A model generated the notes under the pieces. The model was not told the origin of the DNA. It made no database searches and saw only the letters and a list, made by a program, of their open reading frames with translations. Positions 39,921-47,629 of a DNA stretch of 64,000 bases are shown here, piece by piece. The DNA lies in IMG/VR virus record IMGVR_UViG_3300034071_003115, positions 15,110 to 79,109 of that record, one strand, 5' to 3'. The translations under genes and the position numbers were made by a program. The DNA is from a virus. Each line of letters opens with the position of its first letter. The first letter of the stretch is position 1.

Positions 39921-40041
39921 ACATTCCTCCTTATTCGCAGCGTCGGTACTTCCGACAATCGGATTGTCCCATACCTCGGGCTGTCCGTCAAATGTTCCAG
40001 CCCAAGCACCCGCGGGTGCTTGGGGGCGAACTATTTATTGC

Positions 40042-40275
40042 TCAATACACGCCAGTCCCGCCGCAGCCGCACGCTCCGTCTTGGCACATCACGCCCTCGT
40101 CAAGCAACATTGCGCAGCCGTACTTATCTGATCGGTGCTCCTCGCACTTCACGCAGTATCGGGAGGGCAGCCCAGAGGAGTTGTTGTCCGCCCAATACGC
40201 AAACGGCTCCTCACAGAAATCACAGGATACTACTCCCTGCGGTTCGCCGACTGGAATCTCAAAGTGGTCGCTCAT
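40042..40275 (-). CDS. Cys-rich small protein (array B)
   Basis: Coupled to upstream gene. Confidence 0.6.
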   Translation of the reverse strand: MSDHFEIPVGEPQGVVSCDFCEEPFAYWADNNSSGLPSRYCVKCEEHRSDKYGCAMLLDEGVMCQDGACGCGGTGVY

Positions 40276-40517
40276 TACAGCGCACCATAGCAGTCATCGC
40301 AGAGATTACGAACTTCATCATAGGCGTATTCTGCGCCGTTCCAGCCATAGGAGAACTTTCGCCCCTTGCCCTCAAATGGGCAACGCTTATCAAGTCGCAG
40401 CACTTCCTCGCCCTCGCACTCCTGAACGAGCGGGTGGTCGTGCGTTTCACACTCGCATTGGTCGTAGTAGCAATCTCCGTTGCCACACATCGTCATTGAG
40501 CCTTGTAGGTACGCCAT
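40275..40517 (-). CDS. Cys-rich acidic small protein (array B)
   Basis: AAGGAGG RBS. Confidence 0.65.
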   Translation of the reverse strand: MAYLQGSMTMCGNGDCYYDQCECETHDHPLVQECEGEEVLRLDKRCPFEGKGRKFSYGWNGAEYAYDEVRNLCDDCYGAL

Positions 40518-40636
40518 TGTTGCCTCCTTGCTCGCAGCACCCCAAGCGGGGTAGCCCTATTGTAAATCCACTTGCTTCTATCCGTCAAGAGGTTCTATCC
40601 CAGATGGCCGCGGCCATCTGGGGGAGAACTATTTAT

Positions 40637-40837
40637 TTACTTCCAGTCGCTTGGGATTTCACGCCAAGTCAATCCCCCGTTATCGCAGTCTGCCGAGTAG
40701 ATGTCGCACTCTTGACACCACACCACATAGCAGTCCTCTAAATGCTTGTCGCAGTCAGACCAAAGCCAATGCTCTTCCCGCCTATCCATCGGGCAGTCGC
40801 AGGGCTTTCGTTTAGATGTGGGGAATAGGCGGCTCAC
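40637..40837 (-). CDS. Cys-rich small protein (array B)
   Basis: GTG start overlapping upstream stop. Confidence 0.55.
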   Translation of the reverse strand: MSRLFPTSKRKPCDCPMDRREEHWLWSDCDKHLEDCYVVWCQECDIYSADCDNGGLTWREIPSDWK

Positions 40838-41283
40838 AATACCTCACACCCTTTCAGGTCAGCGCACTTCTCCAAGAACGCCTGCCACTCTCGGATAAGA
40901 CCAACCCACGAAGTCGCCTCCTCGCTTGGGAACGCCTTCGTGTGGTCGTCCATAAACGGATTGTTTGCGATTATGGCAATCATTTCGTTTTTGATTTGCT
41001 CATCGCTCATAGACGCGATTTTCTCGGAGAGTGCGCGGCACTCATAGTCCTTGATGACCTCGCCGCTATTATCAAGTAGATTCTCGTTCACCTCGTCAAA
41101 GCCAATCGCATCGTGGAACTCACGCAACATCGGCATACCCCAGATGTTCAGACGGAAGTAGAGCGTATCGGGAGCCTTCTCGTCATACGAGCCGTCCTCG
41201 TTTACCCACATTGAGCGGTGCTTCTTTGCGTGTTCAGCCGCAGCCTTTCGGTCTGGTAGCAGCGAGTAGATGTCGTATCCCAT
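40834..41283 (-). CDS. Hypothetical protein (array B)
   Basis: AAGGAGG RBS; MGYD...YFRLNIWG.P motif. Confidence 0.7.
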   Translation of the reverse strand: MGYDIYSLLPDRKAAAEHAKKHRSMWVNEDGSYDEKAPDTLYFRLNIWGMPMLREFHDAIGFDEVNENLLDNSGEVIKDYECRALSEKIASMSDEQIKNEMIAIIANNPFMDDHTKAFPSEEATSWVGLIREWQAFLEKCADLKGCEVL

Positions 41284-41434
41284 TTCCAGCCTCCTTTATT
41301 ACAAACCCCAAGCGGGGCAACACCATTGTAAGCAGATTTGCCGTCAGCCGTCAAGGGGTTCTAACCCAAATGGCCGCGGCCATTTGGGGCTGAACAAAAA
41401 ACAAGCCCCCCGAAGGGGGCTTGTTTTTCTTGGG

Positions 41435-41512
41435 CTACTTTCTTACTTCGCTAACGATTGCGTATGTAAACGAAGCGAGCAGAAGAAGAAAGCCCCAAAA
41501 CAACTCAATCAT
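41435..41512 (-). CDS. 25-aa hydrophobic peptide
   Basis: MIELFWGFLLLLASFTYAIVSEVRK*, ATGA-coupled to DUF932 stop, terminator follows. Confidence 0.45.
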   Translation of the reverse strand: MIELFWGFLLLLASFTYAIVSEVRK

Positions 41513-42474
41513 CGGGAAAGCGCGAGGACTGCCTCGCGCTTTGTCTTCGCTGCGAAACCTGTGTCTAGCATTACGCTAGAAGCACGAGCGTCCGAAGCAG
41601 AAGAGCGTACCCCGCCGCGATACGAAACGCCATAGTCCAGATACTCGGCGATGGCGTTGTATACGCCCCACTTCGTATCGCGCAAACCTTCTAGATTCTC
41701 CGCGTTATTGAGAATCGCGATTGTTGCCTTCGCTCGCTCCGACATTACTTCCTTCCCACGCTTCTCCGACTCCGACAGCGGGAAGATTCTCGTGATGACG
41801 CGGAATGCCTCATCGCGATCCATCTTCTCCGCGATCATACGCGAGCCGATGACCGAAAACTCCTCAACCGCGCTTGCGGCAAGTCCGAGTGCGCGCTTCG
41901 CCTCTGCGACTTTCTCCTCAATCTTCGCGGTGTGGCGAAGTGTGAACGACATCTTCGCGCTGCCCAACGCTGCGTTGAGCGTGTTCATACAAACAACGCG
42001 GATTGGCGTAATCATCGCTTTGAGTGGGAACAAGCCGTTGTGCCCATTGGCAATCACAAGGTAGGTGTTGGTATCACCATTGTCGCCCTTGATCTTGATC
42101 CTCTCTGGAATCTCCAACGCGGAGAAGACGATCTGCCCACCTTTGAGTGAACCCGCCGACTCGTAGCGTGCGCCCTCGTCAAGCAACGCGTCCGCGAACG
42201 ACATCATCTCGTCGTTCTGGATTGGCGTGTAGCGATCACCGACAACGCCCAAGACCGAGCCATCGGTGCTGCGAACATTTGCGCGCTTGCCGTTGATCGC
42301 GATTTGCTTGCCGTCAAGCGTCGTGAAGATCGGCTGCTGCTTTACTGCCCAATCAAGACCAGCCGCAACGATCATCTCCGCGCTCGTTGTGAGTCCATTA
42401 TTGGCAACGCCGAGTTTGTGCCACGGCGCGCCCCTTTCCGCGTTGTATGCCATCGTTTCTACTTCGTGTGCCAT
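41509..42474 (-). CDS. DUF932 family protein
   Basis: MAHEVE...PWH.LG...AGLDW.V, LGVVG.RY.PIQN, TPIRVVCMNTL, T.WG.YNA. Confidence 0.85.
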   Translation of the reverse strand: MAHEVETMAYNAERGAPWHKLGVANNGLTTSAEMIVAAGLDWAVKQQPIFTTLDGKQIAINGKRANVRSTDGSVLGVVGDRYTPIQNDEMMSFADALLDEGARYESAGSLKGGQIVFSALEIPERIKIKGDNGDTNTYLVIANGHNGLFPLKAMITPIRVVCMNTLNAALGSAKMSFTLRHTAKIEEKVAEAKRALGLAASAVEEFSVIGSRMIAEKMDRDEAFRVITRIFPLSESEKRGKEVMSERAKATIAILNNAENLEGLRDTKWGVYNAIAEYLDYGVSYRGGVRSSASDARASSVMLDTGFAAKTKREAVLALSR

Positions 42475-42592
42475 TTGCGTCCTCCTTTTTTCTCAACGGC
42501 AACTGCCGCTAGATGGATTGTCGCATACTTCCCGAGATTGCGTCAAGTTCTAGTCCAAAGGGCCGCGGCCCTTTGGAGCCGAACTATTATCT

Positions 42593-42877
42593 TTATGCGT
42601 GTCGGTGCGCTTCTACAAAGTCGCAGTTCGGGATAAAGCACCAGCCTTCATCTCGCGCTTCCGCGTCCGACATAAATGGCGGGTGAAACTCACACTCGCA
42701 GGGAGCGCAGTCCAAGCAGTAAACCAGATAACCCTCTGGCACACCGCTCTCATACTGATCAAAGTCAAGAACATCAAAGCGCGTGTTTGGCTCGCCGTTC
42801 CACGCACCGATGACTTTCTCATCGGGGTAAACAAGCGGAGCCGAGCAGCGAGTACACGCGTGAAGTTCACCGCTCAT
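42593..42877 (-). CDS. Cys-rich protein (array B)
   Basis: GGAGGAG RBS before MSGELHAC. Confidence 0.6.
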   Translation of the reverse strand: MSGELHACTRCSAPLVYPDEKVIGAWNGEPNTRFDVLDFDQYESGVPEGYLVYCLDCAPCECEFHPPFMSDAEARDEGWCFIPNCDFVEAHRHA

Positions 42878-43043
42878 CGGTAATCTCCTCCGCGCTCCAA
42901 ACAATAATCTCTGGCGTAGTGTCCCAAGGTGCTGGCTCCTCTGCCAACTCAAACGCCTTGCCCTCTGCCTCGCCCTGATCCAAGGCTTCCACCTCAAACT
43001 CGCGATAGCCAGTGTGTTGTAGAACAACGATCCACTTACTCAT
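42867..43043 (-). CDS. Small acidic DpnD/PcfM-like protein (array B)
   Basis: EVEALDQGEAEGKA motif; GGAGG RBS. Confidence 0.55.
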   Translation of the reverse strand: MSKWIVVLQHTGYREFEVEALDQGEAEGKAFELAEEPAPWDTTPEIIVWSAEEITDER

Positions 43044-43353
43044 TGTCGCCCTCCCACTCTGCGCCCTGCTCAATCAAGGAGAAGAATCCATCGTTCGGAT
43101 TCTTGTCTGGGTGTACGCTCGCAACCGCCTGAACGAATCGCAGCGAGCAAGAGTTCTCGTACCACTCCATAATCGTACTCAACATTTCGTTAGGGTTGGA
43201 ATCTTTTGCCTCAATGAGCGTCGTGTAGCCATACTCCTTCATCTGCTCCACCTGCGCGTCGTCAAGCAGAACATAGATTTTGTGGCAATCGTCAAAGCCG
43301 ATACCCTTTGCGATTTCCACCATCTCCTCAACCTTGTCCCAACTTACTGCCAT
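43036..43353 (-). CDS. Acidic hypothetical protein (array B)
   Basis: GAGGAGG RBS; FDDCHKIY...SCSLRF. Confidence 0.7.
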   Translation of the reverse strand: MAVSWDKVEEMVEIAKGIGFDDCHKIYVLLDDAQVEQMKEYGYTTLIEAKDSNPNEMLSTIMEWYENSCSLRFVQAVASVHPDKNPNDGFFSLIEQGAEWEGDNE

Positions 43354-43515
43354 TTCAGCCTCCTCACTACAACGGCAAGTGCCGTCTAGTGGATTGTCGC
43401 ATACCCAAAGCCCAGCCGTCAAGCGTTCTACCCCAAGGAGCCGCCGCTCCTTGGGCAAGAACAAAAACAAACGAGCCGCCCGAAGGCGGCCCGCTTGATT
43501 ACTTGATCTCGAAGA

Positions 43516-44061
43516 TCAGACTGGCTGATTCTCTGGCAGCGCAGCCTCTTCCTTCGTAATCTTTCCCGCTCGGATTGCGTCGCGCAGTTCGATGCTCTCT
43601 TTGTGTGTGATCGCATCGAGATCAGGGTTGTGCTTCTCTGCGTATTTCAGTTCTTTCAGACCCTCATGCTCCATGCGCTCCATAACGCGCTTGCGCCAAG
43701 CACCAGCGGTTTCGTATGAGGCGTTGGTTTCCAGTCCGATGTGCTGCTCCAAGTCTGCTCTGGTAATCATGCGCGGTTCCCACTTGATGTTTCCGTCGTC
43801 TTCATACCCAGAAAACACAACACTCTTGTCGATCCATGCGACCGAGTAAGCGAGCGCCATGCGCTTCTCCCACTCGTCAAGATTCTCTGGCGTGATCTCG
43901 TTGAGCCCAATGCTCATCGTGTGCCAGATAATCGAGTTGGTGATCGGATGAAGGTACTCCTCACCGCGAGTCGTGCCGTCATGGGCGCTGCTCCTTGTTG
44001 CCGTTCGGTAGCAAACATCGTCCGCGTTCTTTACATTTTTTACTGACCAGTTGAGCGGCAT
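43516..44061 (-). CDS. Hypothetical protein (array B)
   Basis: AAGGAGG RBS. Confidence 0.7.
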   Translation of the reverse strand: MPLNWSVKNVKNADDVCYRTATRSSAHDGTTRGEEYLHPITNSIIWHTMSIGLNEITPENLDEWEKRMALAYSVAWIDKSVVFSGYEDDGNIKWEPRMITRADLEQHIGLETNASYETAGAWRKRVMERMEHEGLKELKYAEKHNPDLDAITHKESIELRDAIRAGKITKEEAALPENQPV

Positions 44062-44070
44062 ACAGCCTCC

Positions 44071-44298
44071 TTACTTCTTCTTGGTGGCGCGCTTTGCGCC
44101 AGACTCACGAATCGCACGCTCCAATCGCTCGGTGCGCTTATCAGCGTGATGGCTGCTGATGACGAAGAACGCCCAGATCGTTGCTGGCAGCCAGCCGATC
44201 AGCGTGAGTTGGAGAACAAGCGCGATGATTGCCTGAACCCATTTGCCAGCAGCCAGAAACCCAAACGCTGGAAAGAGCAACGCCAATAGGTACTTCAT
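44071..44298 (-). CDS. YqaE/Pmp3-like small membrane protein
   Basis: Y.LA..FP.......GK..QA.I.L.LQ.T.IGW.PA..WA. Confidence 0.75.
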   Translation of the reverse strand: MKYLLALLFPAFGFLAAGKWVQAIIALVLQLTLIGWLPATIWAFFVISSHHADKRTERLERAIRESGAKRATKKK

Positions 44299-44492
44299 TT
44301 TCTACCTCCTTACTTTCTATCGGGAATCCCCGACCACTTGATTTTCTCACGGGTCATAGCGACCTGTCAAATGGTCTACCCCAGACACCGGCGGGTGTCT
44401 GGGCGCGAACAATAATAAATAAGCCCCGCCATTTCTGGCGAGGCTTATTCACACTCGGGCTAACGCTGTGATTTCATCAGCCCTGTATCTAA

Positions 44493-45305
44493 TCAGCCCC
44501 CGACAACGCCGCCGAAGTGTTTATCACAGAACTTCTCAAACTCGTTCATTGGTACGGCATCATAATCACGCTCGCCGTACTCAATCTCGTCGTCCTCGCC
44601 CTTGTGCCACGCTTCGTCTGGCAAATCATCTGCGTTGTAATCACTTACGCTTACAACCTCTCCGTTCTCGTACACAATCTCACCTGCGAAACCCATACCG
44701 CCTTCGCAGTATCGGTGAGCGATTGCGAGCGTTGGAAACTGCTTGGCGAGCGCGGCAATCACAGGCTCCGCAGGAGCCCAAGCCGTATCAAAGTTGTACG
44801 AAACGATTCCGTCAATCTTGCTATCGTCATCGCCGCGGTCGCTCCATACTTCACCGCAGTTCCACTTGGAGCCCCAGTTAGAAACATTCCAGTTGTACCA
44901 CCAGTCTGGGTGCGATGAGTTCTGCTTGACCTTGTGAATCGGACAGATTGGCGTACCGCCAAACATCAGGGCGGTATCATCTTGGATTGTGCCGTTGCTT
45001 GATTCTTCCTTCACAACTGGAATACCATCAACGCACCACTCGCCCTGCTTTCGCATTACATCTTTGCCGTCGTTATCGGTGTACGAAACGATTTCTGGTA
45101 GGTCATCTCGCTCAACCCACACCTGCTTACAGCCGCATTGGAAATCGTTCTGACCCTCGTTGATTGCGTAGAACTTGCTATCGGGTGGCGGCACAATCTT
45201 CGCAAAGTCGAAGTCGCCCTCGCTGCCCTTCACAAACTCAACCAACCTTGCGACCTCTGCTTCGTCGCCGCTAATGTCTACTTGGTTCACACACCAGTTA
45301 GGCAT
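44493..45305 (-). CDS. DUF1281 / YubB ferredoxin-like protein
   Basis: MPNWC.N, WY.W...NWGSKWN, FDTAWAP, Y.EGG..FAG. Confidence 0.75.
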   Translation of the reverse strand: MPNWCVNQVDISGDEAEVARLVEFVKGSEGDFDFAKIVPPPDSKFYAINEGQNDFQCGCKQVWVERDDLPEIVSYTDNDGKDVMRKQGEWCVDGIPVVKEESSNGTIQDDTALMFGGTPICPIHKVKQNSSHPDWWYNWNVSNWGSKWNCGEVWSDRGDDDSKIDGIVSYNFDTAWAPAEPVIAALAKQFPTLAIAHRYCEGGMGFAGEIVYENGEVVSVSDYNADDLPDEAWHKGEDDEIEYGERDYDAVPMNEFEKFCDKHFGGVVGG

Positions 45306-45447
45306 CTTTCTTTCCTCCTTGTATCACAGACAGGGAAGCCCCTGCCCCTAGATTGTAAGGCAACTTCTAGCCATCGGTCAAGTTGCCAGCCAGAGTTCTA
45401 TCTCAACTGGCGGCGGCCAGTTGAGGGCGAACTAAAATTTTGCGTTT

Positions 45448-45780
45448 TTAGCGATCGAAGGACATTGCGCTAACTCCATCAGGGGTCATAACAACATGTC
45501 CACCCTCTACGAAGATTCGACCACCGTCGTTCGCTTCATCATCAGATGAAATAACAAGGGAATAACGCTTGCCGCCCTGCTCTACGAATAACACTGGCAT
45601 GTAAGGGTCAGCACCGCCATCGCCTAACACCGTGCCCCCAATAATCGTTGCGCCAATAAGCGGCTCAACCATTTCTGTCCGAAGGTAGTGCCGCTCAATC
45701 TGGTCGCGGCTCAAGCCGAGTCGCTCCTTGACCAACTGGTCTCTGCTGCTCAATAACTGAGCAATCGTTTCCACTGCCAT
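45448..45780 (-). CDS. Hypothetical protein (first gene of array B)
   Basis: AAGGAGG RBS; promoter TTGACA-N18-TACAAT at 45820-45849. Confidence 0.7.
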   Translation of the reverse strand: MAVETIAQLLSSRDQLVKERLGLSRDQIERHYLRTEMVEPLIGATIIGGTVLGDGGADPYMPVLFVEQGGKRYSLVISSDDEANDGGRIFVEGGHVVMTPDGVSAMSFDR

Positions 45781-45963
45781 AACTTCCTCCTTATGCCTAC
45801 GGCTAACTGCCGTAGGGGGATTGTAAGCGATCGCTATAACTTGTGTCAAGCCCTCGGGTTCGACCCTCGCTTCTGCGGAAGCTCGGCTACCCCAAAAAAA
45901 ACATCTTGTCAAGTCCTCCCCCAAAACGACCCCCGAATAATAACTGAACTTCGGTAGGCCAAC

Positions 45964-45993
45964 TTGACCGCCCTATAACTTCTGTGCCATACT
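45964..45993 (+). promoter_or_regulatory. Divergent promoter of 46-48 kb operon
   Basis: TTGACC-N18-CATACT. Confidence 0.6.
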
Positions 45994-46041
45994 CCGCTCA
46001 CGCCGCACAAATGACGGCGCGCAATAACAAGGAGGTACGCA

Positions 46042-46113
46042 ATGGCACGAAGGCGCATGGGACGAAGGTCAAAGCGAGCGGGTTGGTTCCTGCTTTGGTT
46101 TATCGGGCTGTAA
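46042..46113 (+). CDS. 23-aa basic/hydrophobic peptide
   Basis: AAGGAGGT RBS; MARRRMGRRSKRAGWFLLWFIGL*. Confidence 0.5.
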   Translation: MARRRMGRRSKRAGWFLLWFIGL

Positions 46114-46125
46114 GGAGGTATGACC

Positions 46126-46368
46126 ATGAAGCGATACCGCGTATTCATCCAGAAGGTCGATGACTTCTTGGCAGAGTTGTCTTATGAGGACGGCGACTTG
46201 CTCGGCTTGGAAGGTGAGCAGTTGCTTACCGCGATTGCGGCAGATGCCGCGGATCAAGGCCTTGGCGAGTGGACGTTCTTGGAAGGTAACTCGATTGCCA
46301 CGTCGATCGTCGAGGTCAATGAAGACGGCACCGAAGGCGAGCCGTTCCTGATCAACGAGGAGTTGTAG
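46126..46368 (+). CDS. Very acidic small protein
   Basis: AAGGAGG RBS. Confidence 0.65.
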   Translation: MKRYRVFIQKVDDFLAELSYEDGDLLGLEGEQLLTAIAADAADQGLGEWTFLEGNSIATSIVEVNEDGTEGEPFLINEEL

Positions 46369-46369
46369 C

Positions 46370-46765
46370 ATGTGGGAGTTGATTCATGACGAAAGCATCA
46401 CCGCAAATGAGAACCTGTCGATCTGGTACCGCGAAACGGAAAACCTCGATAAGTTCATCCTGTTTGAGATGAACAAGCAGGGGCTCACCGTGGCGTACTA
46501 CCACAATGCGTTTGACGCGCTTGATGGTCGATTCGCCGCGGCAGAGATCTGCTATGGGTGGGATGTTCTCCAAGTCGAGAACCGCGAGAAGGACGCGTTC
46601 CTTACGCGGGTCAGCATGGACGACAACATCAAGTCCACGATCTCATGTGATCATGACTTCTCCTGCGAGGAGATCTTCCACGCAGCGCAGGTGGTCTTGG
46701 GTAATGAGGAGTGCGAGGGCTGTGAGTCCTGCGCTCGCTACGGCACGGAAGGAGTTGGAGCATGA
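46370..46765 (+). CDS. Acidic hypothetical protein
   Basis: GAGGAG RBS. Confidence 0.65.
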   Translation: MWELIHDESITANENLSIWYRETENLDKFILFEMNKQGLTVAYYHNAFDALDGRFAAAEICYGWDVLQVENREKDAFLTRVSMDDNIKSTISCDHDFSCEEIFHAAQVVLGNEECEGCESCARYGTEGVGA

Positions 46766-46953
46766 AGTACACCGTGAAGGTACTCTTCCCTCACTATCTC
46801 GATGTCGGGGTAGAGGAGGAGAACATCGAGAAGGCGCGAGAGGCGGCGATCAAAGCAGCCTCCTACACGCCGATCGACGAGTGGCGCGGCGATCTTCTCG
46901 AGGTGTATGAAACTGAGTGGATTGACGAAGACGGCATCCACACCATCATTTAG
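46762..46953 (+). CDS. Small acidic DpnD/PcfM-like protein
   Basis: MKYTVKV...VEEENIEKAREAA. Confidence 0.6.
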   Translation: MKYTVKVLFPHYLDVGVEEENIEKAREAAIKAASYTPIDEWRGDLLEVYETEWIDEDGIHTII

Positions 46954-46962
46954 GAGGTAAGT

Positions 46963-47259
46963 ATGTTGGTTCATAAATCATGTGATCTTGGACACGTCGA
47001 TGGAGATCGAAAGGGGATCTACTTCCTCGGCAACATCTCCGTATCGTTTGAGCCGTTCGGCACCCCATCTGGGTTGGGCGGCGTGCAGGTGGGCATCGCC
47101 AATGATTACTCAATGGGAGAGGGCGGCGGCTACATCTCATCGATCGAGTGCTACGACTGTGGTAAGTCGATCAGCGAGTTTGTCGGCGATATTGAAACCC
47201 ATAAGTTAGAGCGGTTTTTGGATGACCGCGCAGAAGACTACGACTTGGTTGAAGTATGA
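46963..47259 (+). CDS. Hypothetical protein
   Basis: AGGAGG RBS. Confidence 0.65.
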   Translation: MLVHKSCDLGHVDGDRKGIYFLGNISVSFEPFGTPSGLGGVQVGIANDYSMGEGGGYISSIECYDCGKSISEFVGDIETHKLERFLDDRAEDYDLVEV

Positions 47260-47474
47260 GCGAACACAAGGGTCATCACATTGAGGTCGGGGTGTACGGC
47301 CCCGACCTCGAGAAGAACGATCAGTTACTATTCGACCACAGCGGCATACACAACCTTGCGTTGGAATGCCTTGACTGTAGCGAAGTAATCGTGGACTATG
47401 ACATCACGCCACTGATGACTGTGGCAGAGGCACGGAACCTGATTTCCGAAGCAATCAAGGAGATCCTCGTATGA
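47256..47474 (+). CDS. Hypothetical protein (H.GH.I...ALECxxC)
   Basis: ATGA coupling. Confidence 0.6.
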   Translation: MSEHKGHHIEVGVYGPDLEKNDQLLFDHSGIHNLALECLDCSEVIVDYDITPLMTVAEARNLISEAIKEILV

Positions 47475-47629
47475 TGCAGGAAATAATCTCGTTGGCCACT
47501 GGACTAGGTGTTGGAGCAGTATTTGGATTTGTTGGAGCCGCAGTACCAGCACCACCCAACGTTGCCGGGATTCTAGGCATTGTGGGAATAACCCTTGGCT
47601 ACGTCGCGATGACGGCGATCCGAAGATGA
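47471..47629 (+). CDS. XapX/DUF1427-like small membrane protein (52 aa)
   Basis: SLATGLGVGAVF.....VPAPP...GILGIVGITLGY; coupled at both ends. Confidence 0.7.
   Translation: MMQEIISLATGLGVGAVFGFVGAAVPAPPNVAGILGIVGITLGYVAMTAIRR

Larger units (their letters stand above)
35429..45432. repeat. Class B 38-bp structured repeat, 17 copies (starts 35429, 35805, 36262, 36723, 37299, 37616, 38053, 38540, 38854, 39537, 39994, 40592, 41358, 42547, 43425, 44373, 45395)
   Basis: GTTC-N3-[10 bp stem]-SGCS-[stem']-N3-GAAC (a few copies degenerate in one flank); stems differ but stay complementary; 16 lie just upstream of a minus-strand TTGAC-N17/18-(T/G)ANNNT promoter. Confidence 0.93.

Noticed and set aside
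35429-45432. 38-bp repeats as a CRISPR array
   Set aside because: Repeats are not sequence-identical, intervening DNA is ~280-1150 bp and holds promoters and genes; no cas operon
35429-45432. Canonical integron attC sites
   Set aside because: attC runs RYYYAAC...GTTRRRY with extrahelical bases; here the polarity is GTTC...GAAC, stems have no bulges, cassettes have their own promoters and no IntI is present
35429-45432. Class B elements as ordinary intrinsic terminators or LexA boxes
   Set aside because: Many copies have a separate terminator with U-tract immediately upstream and no U-tract follows the element in the sense direction; spacing does not match GAAC-N4-GTTC
45858-45895. An 18th class B element (and a similar remnant near 48018-48044)
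   Set aside because: Only GTTC and a 5-bp stem remain, GAAC is absent and spacing is out of phase; too degenerate to count
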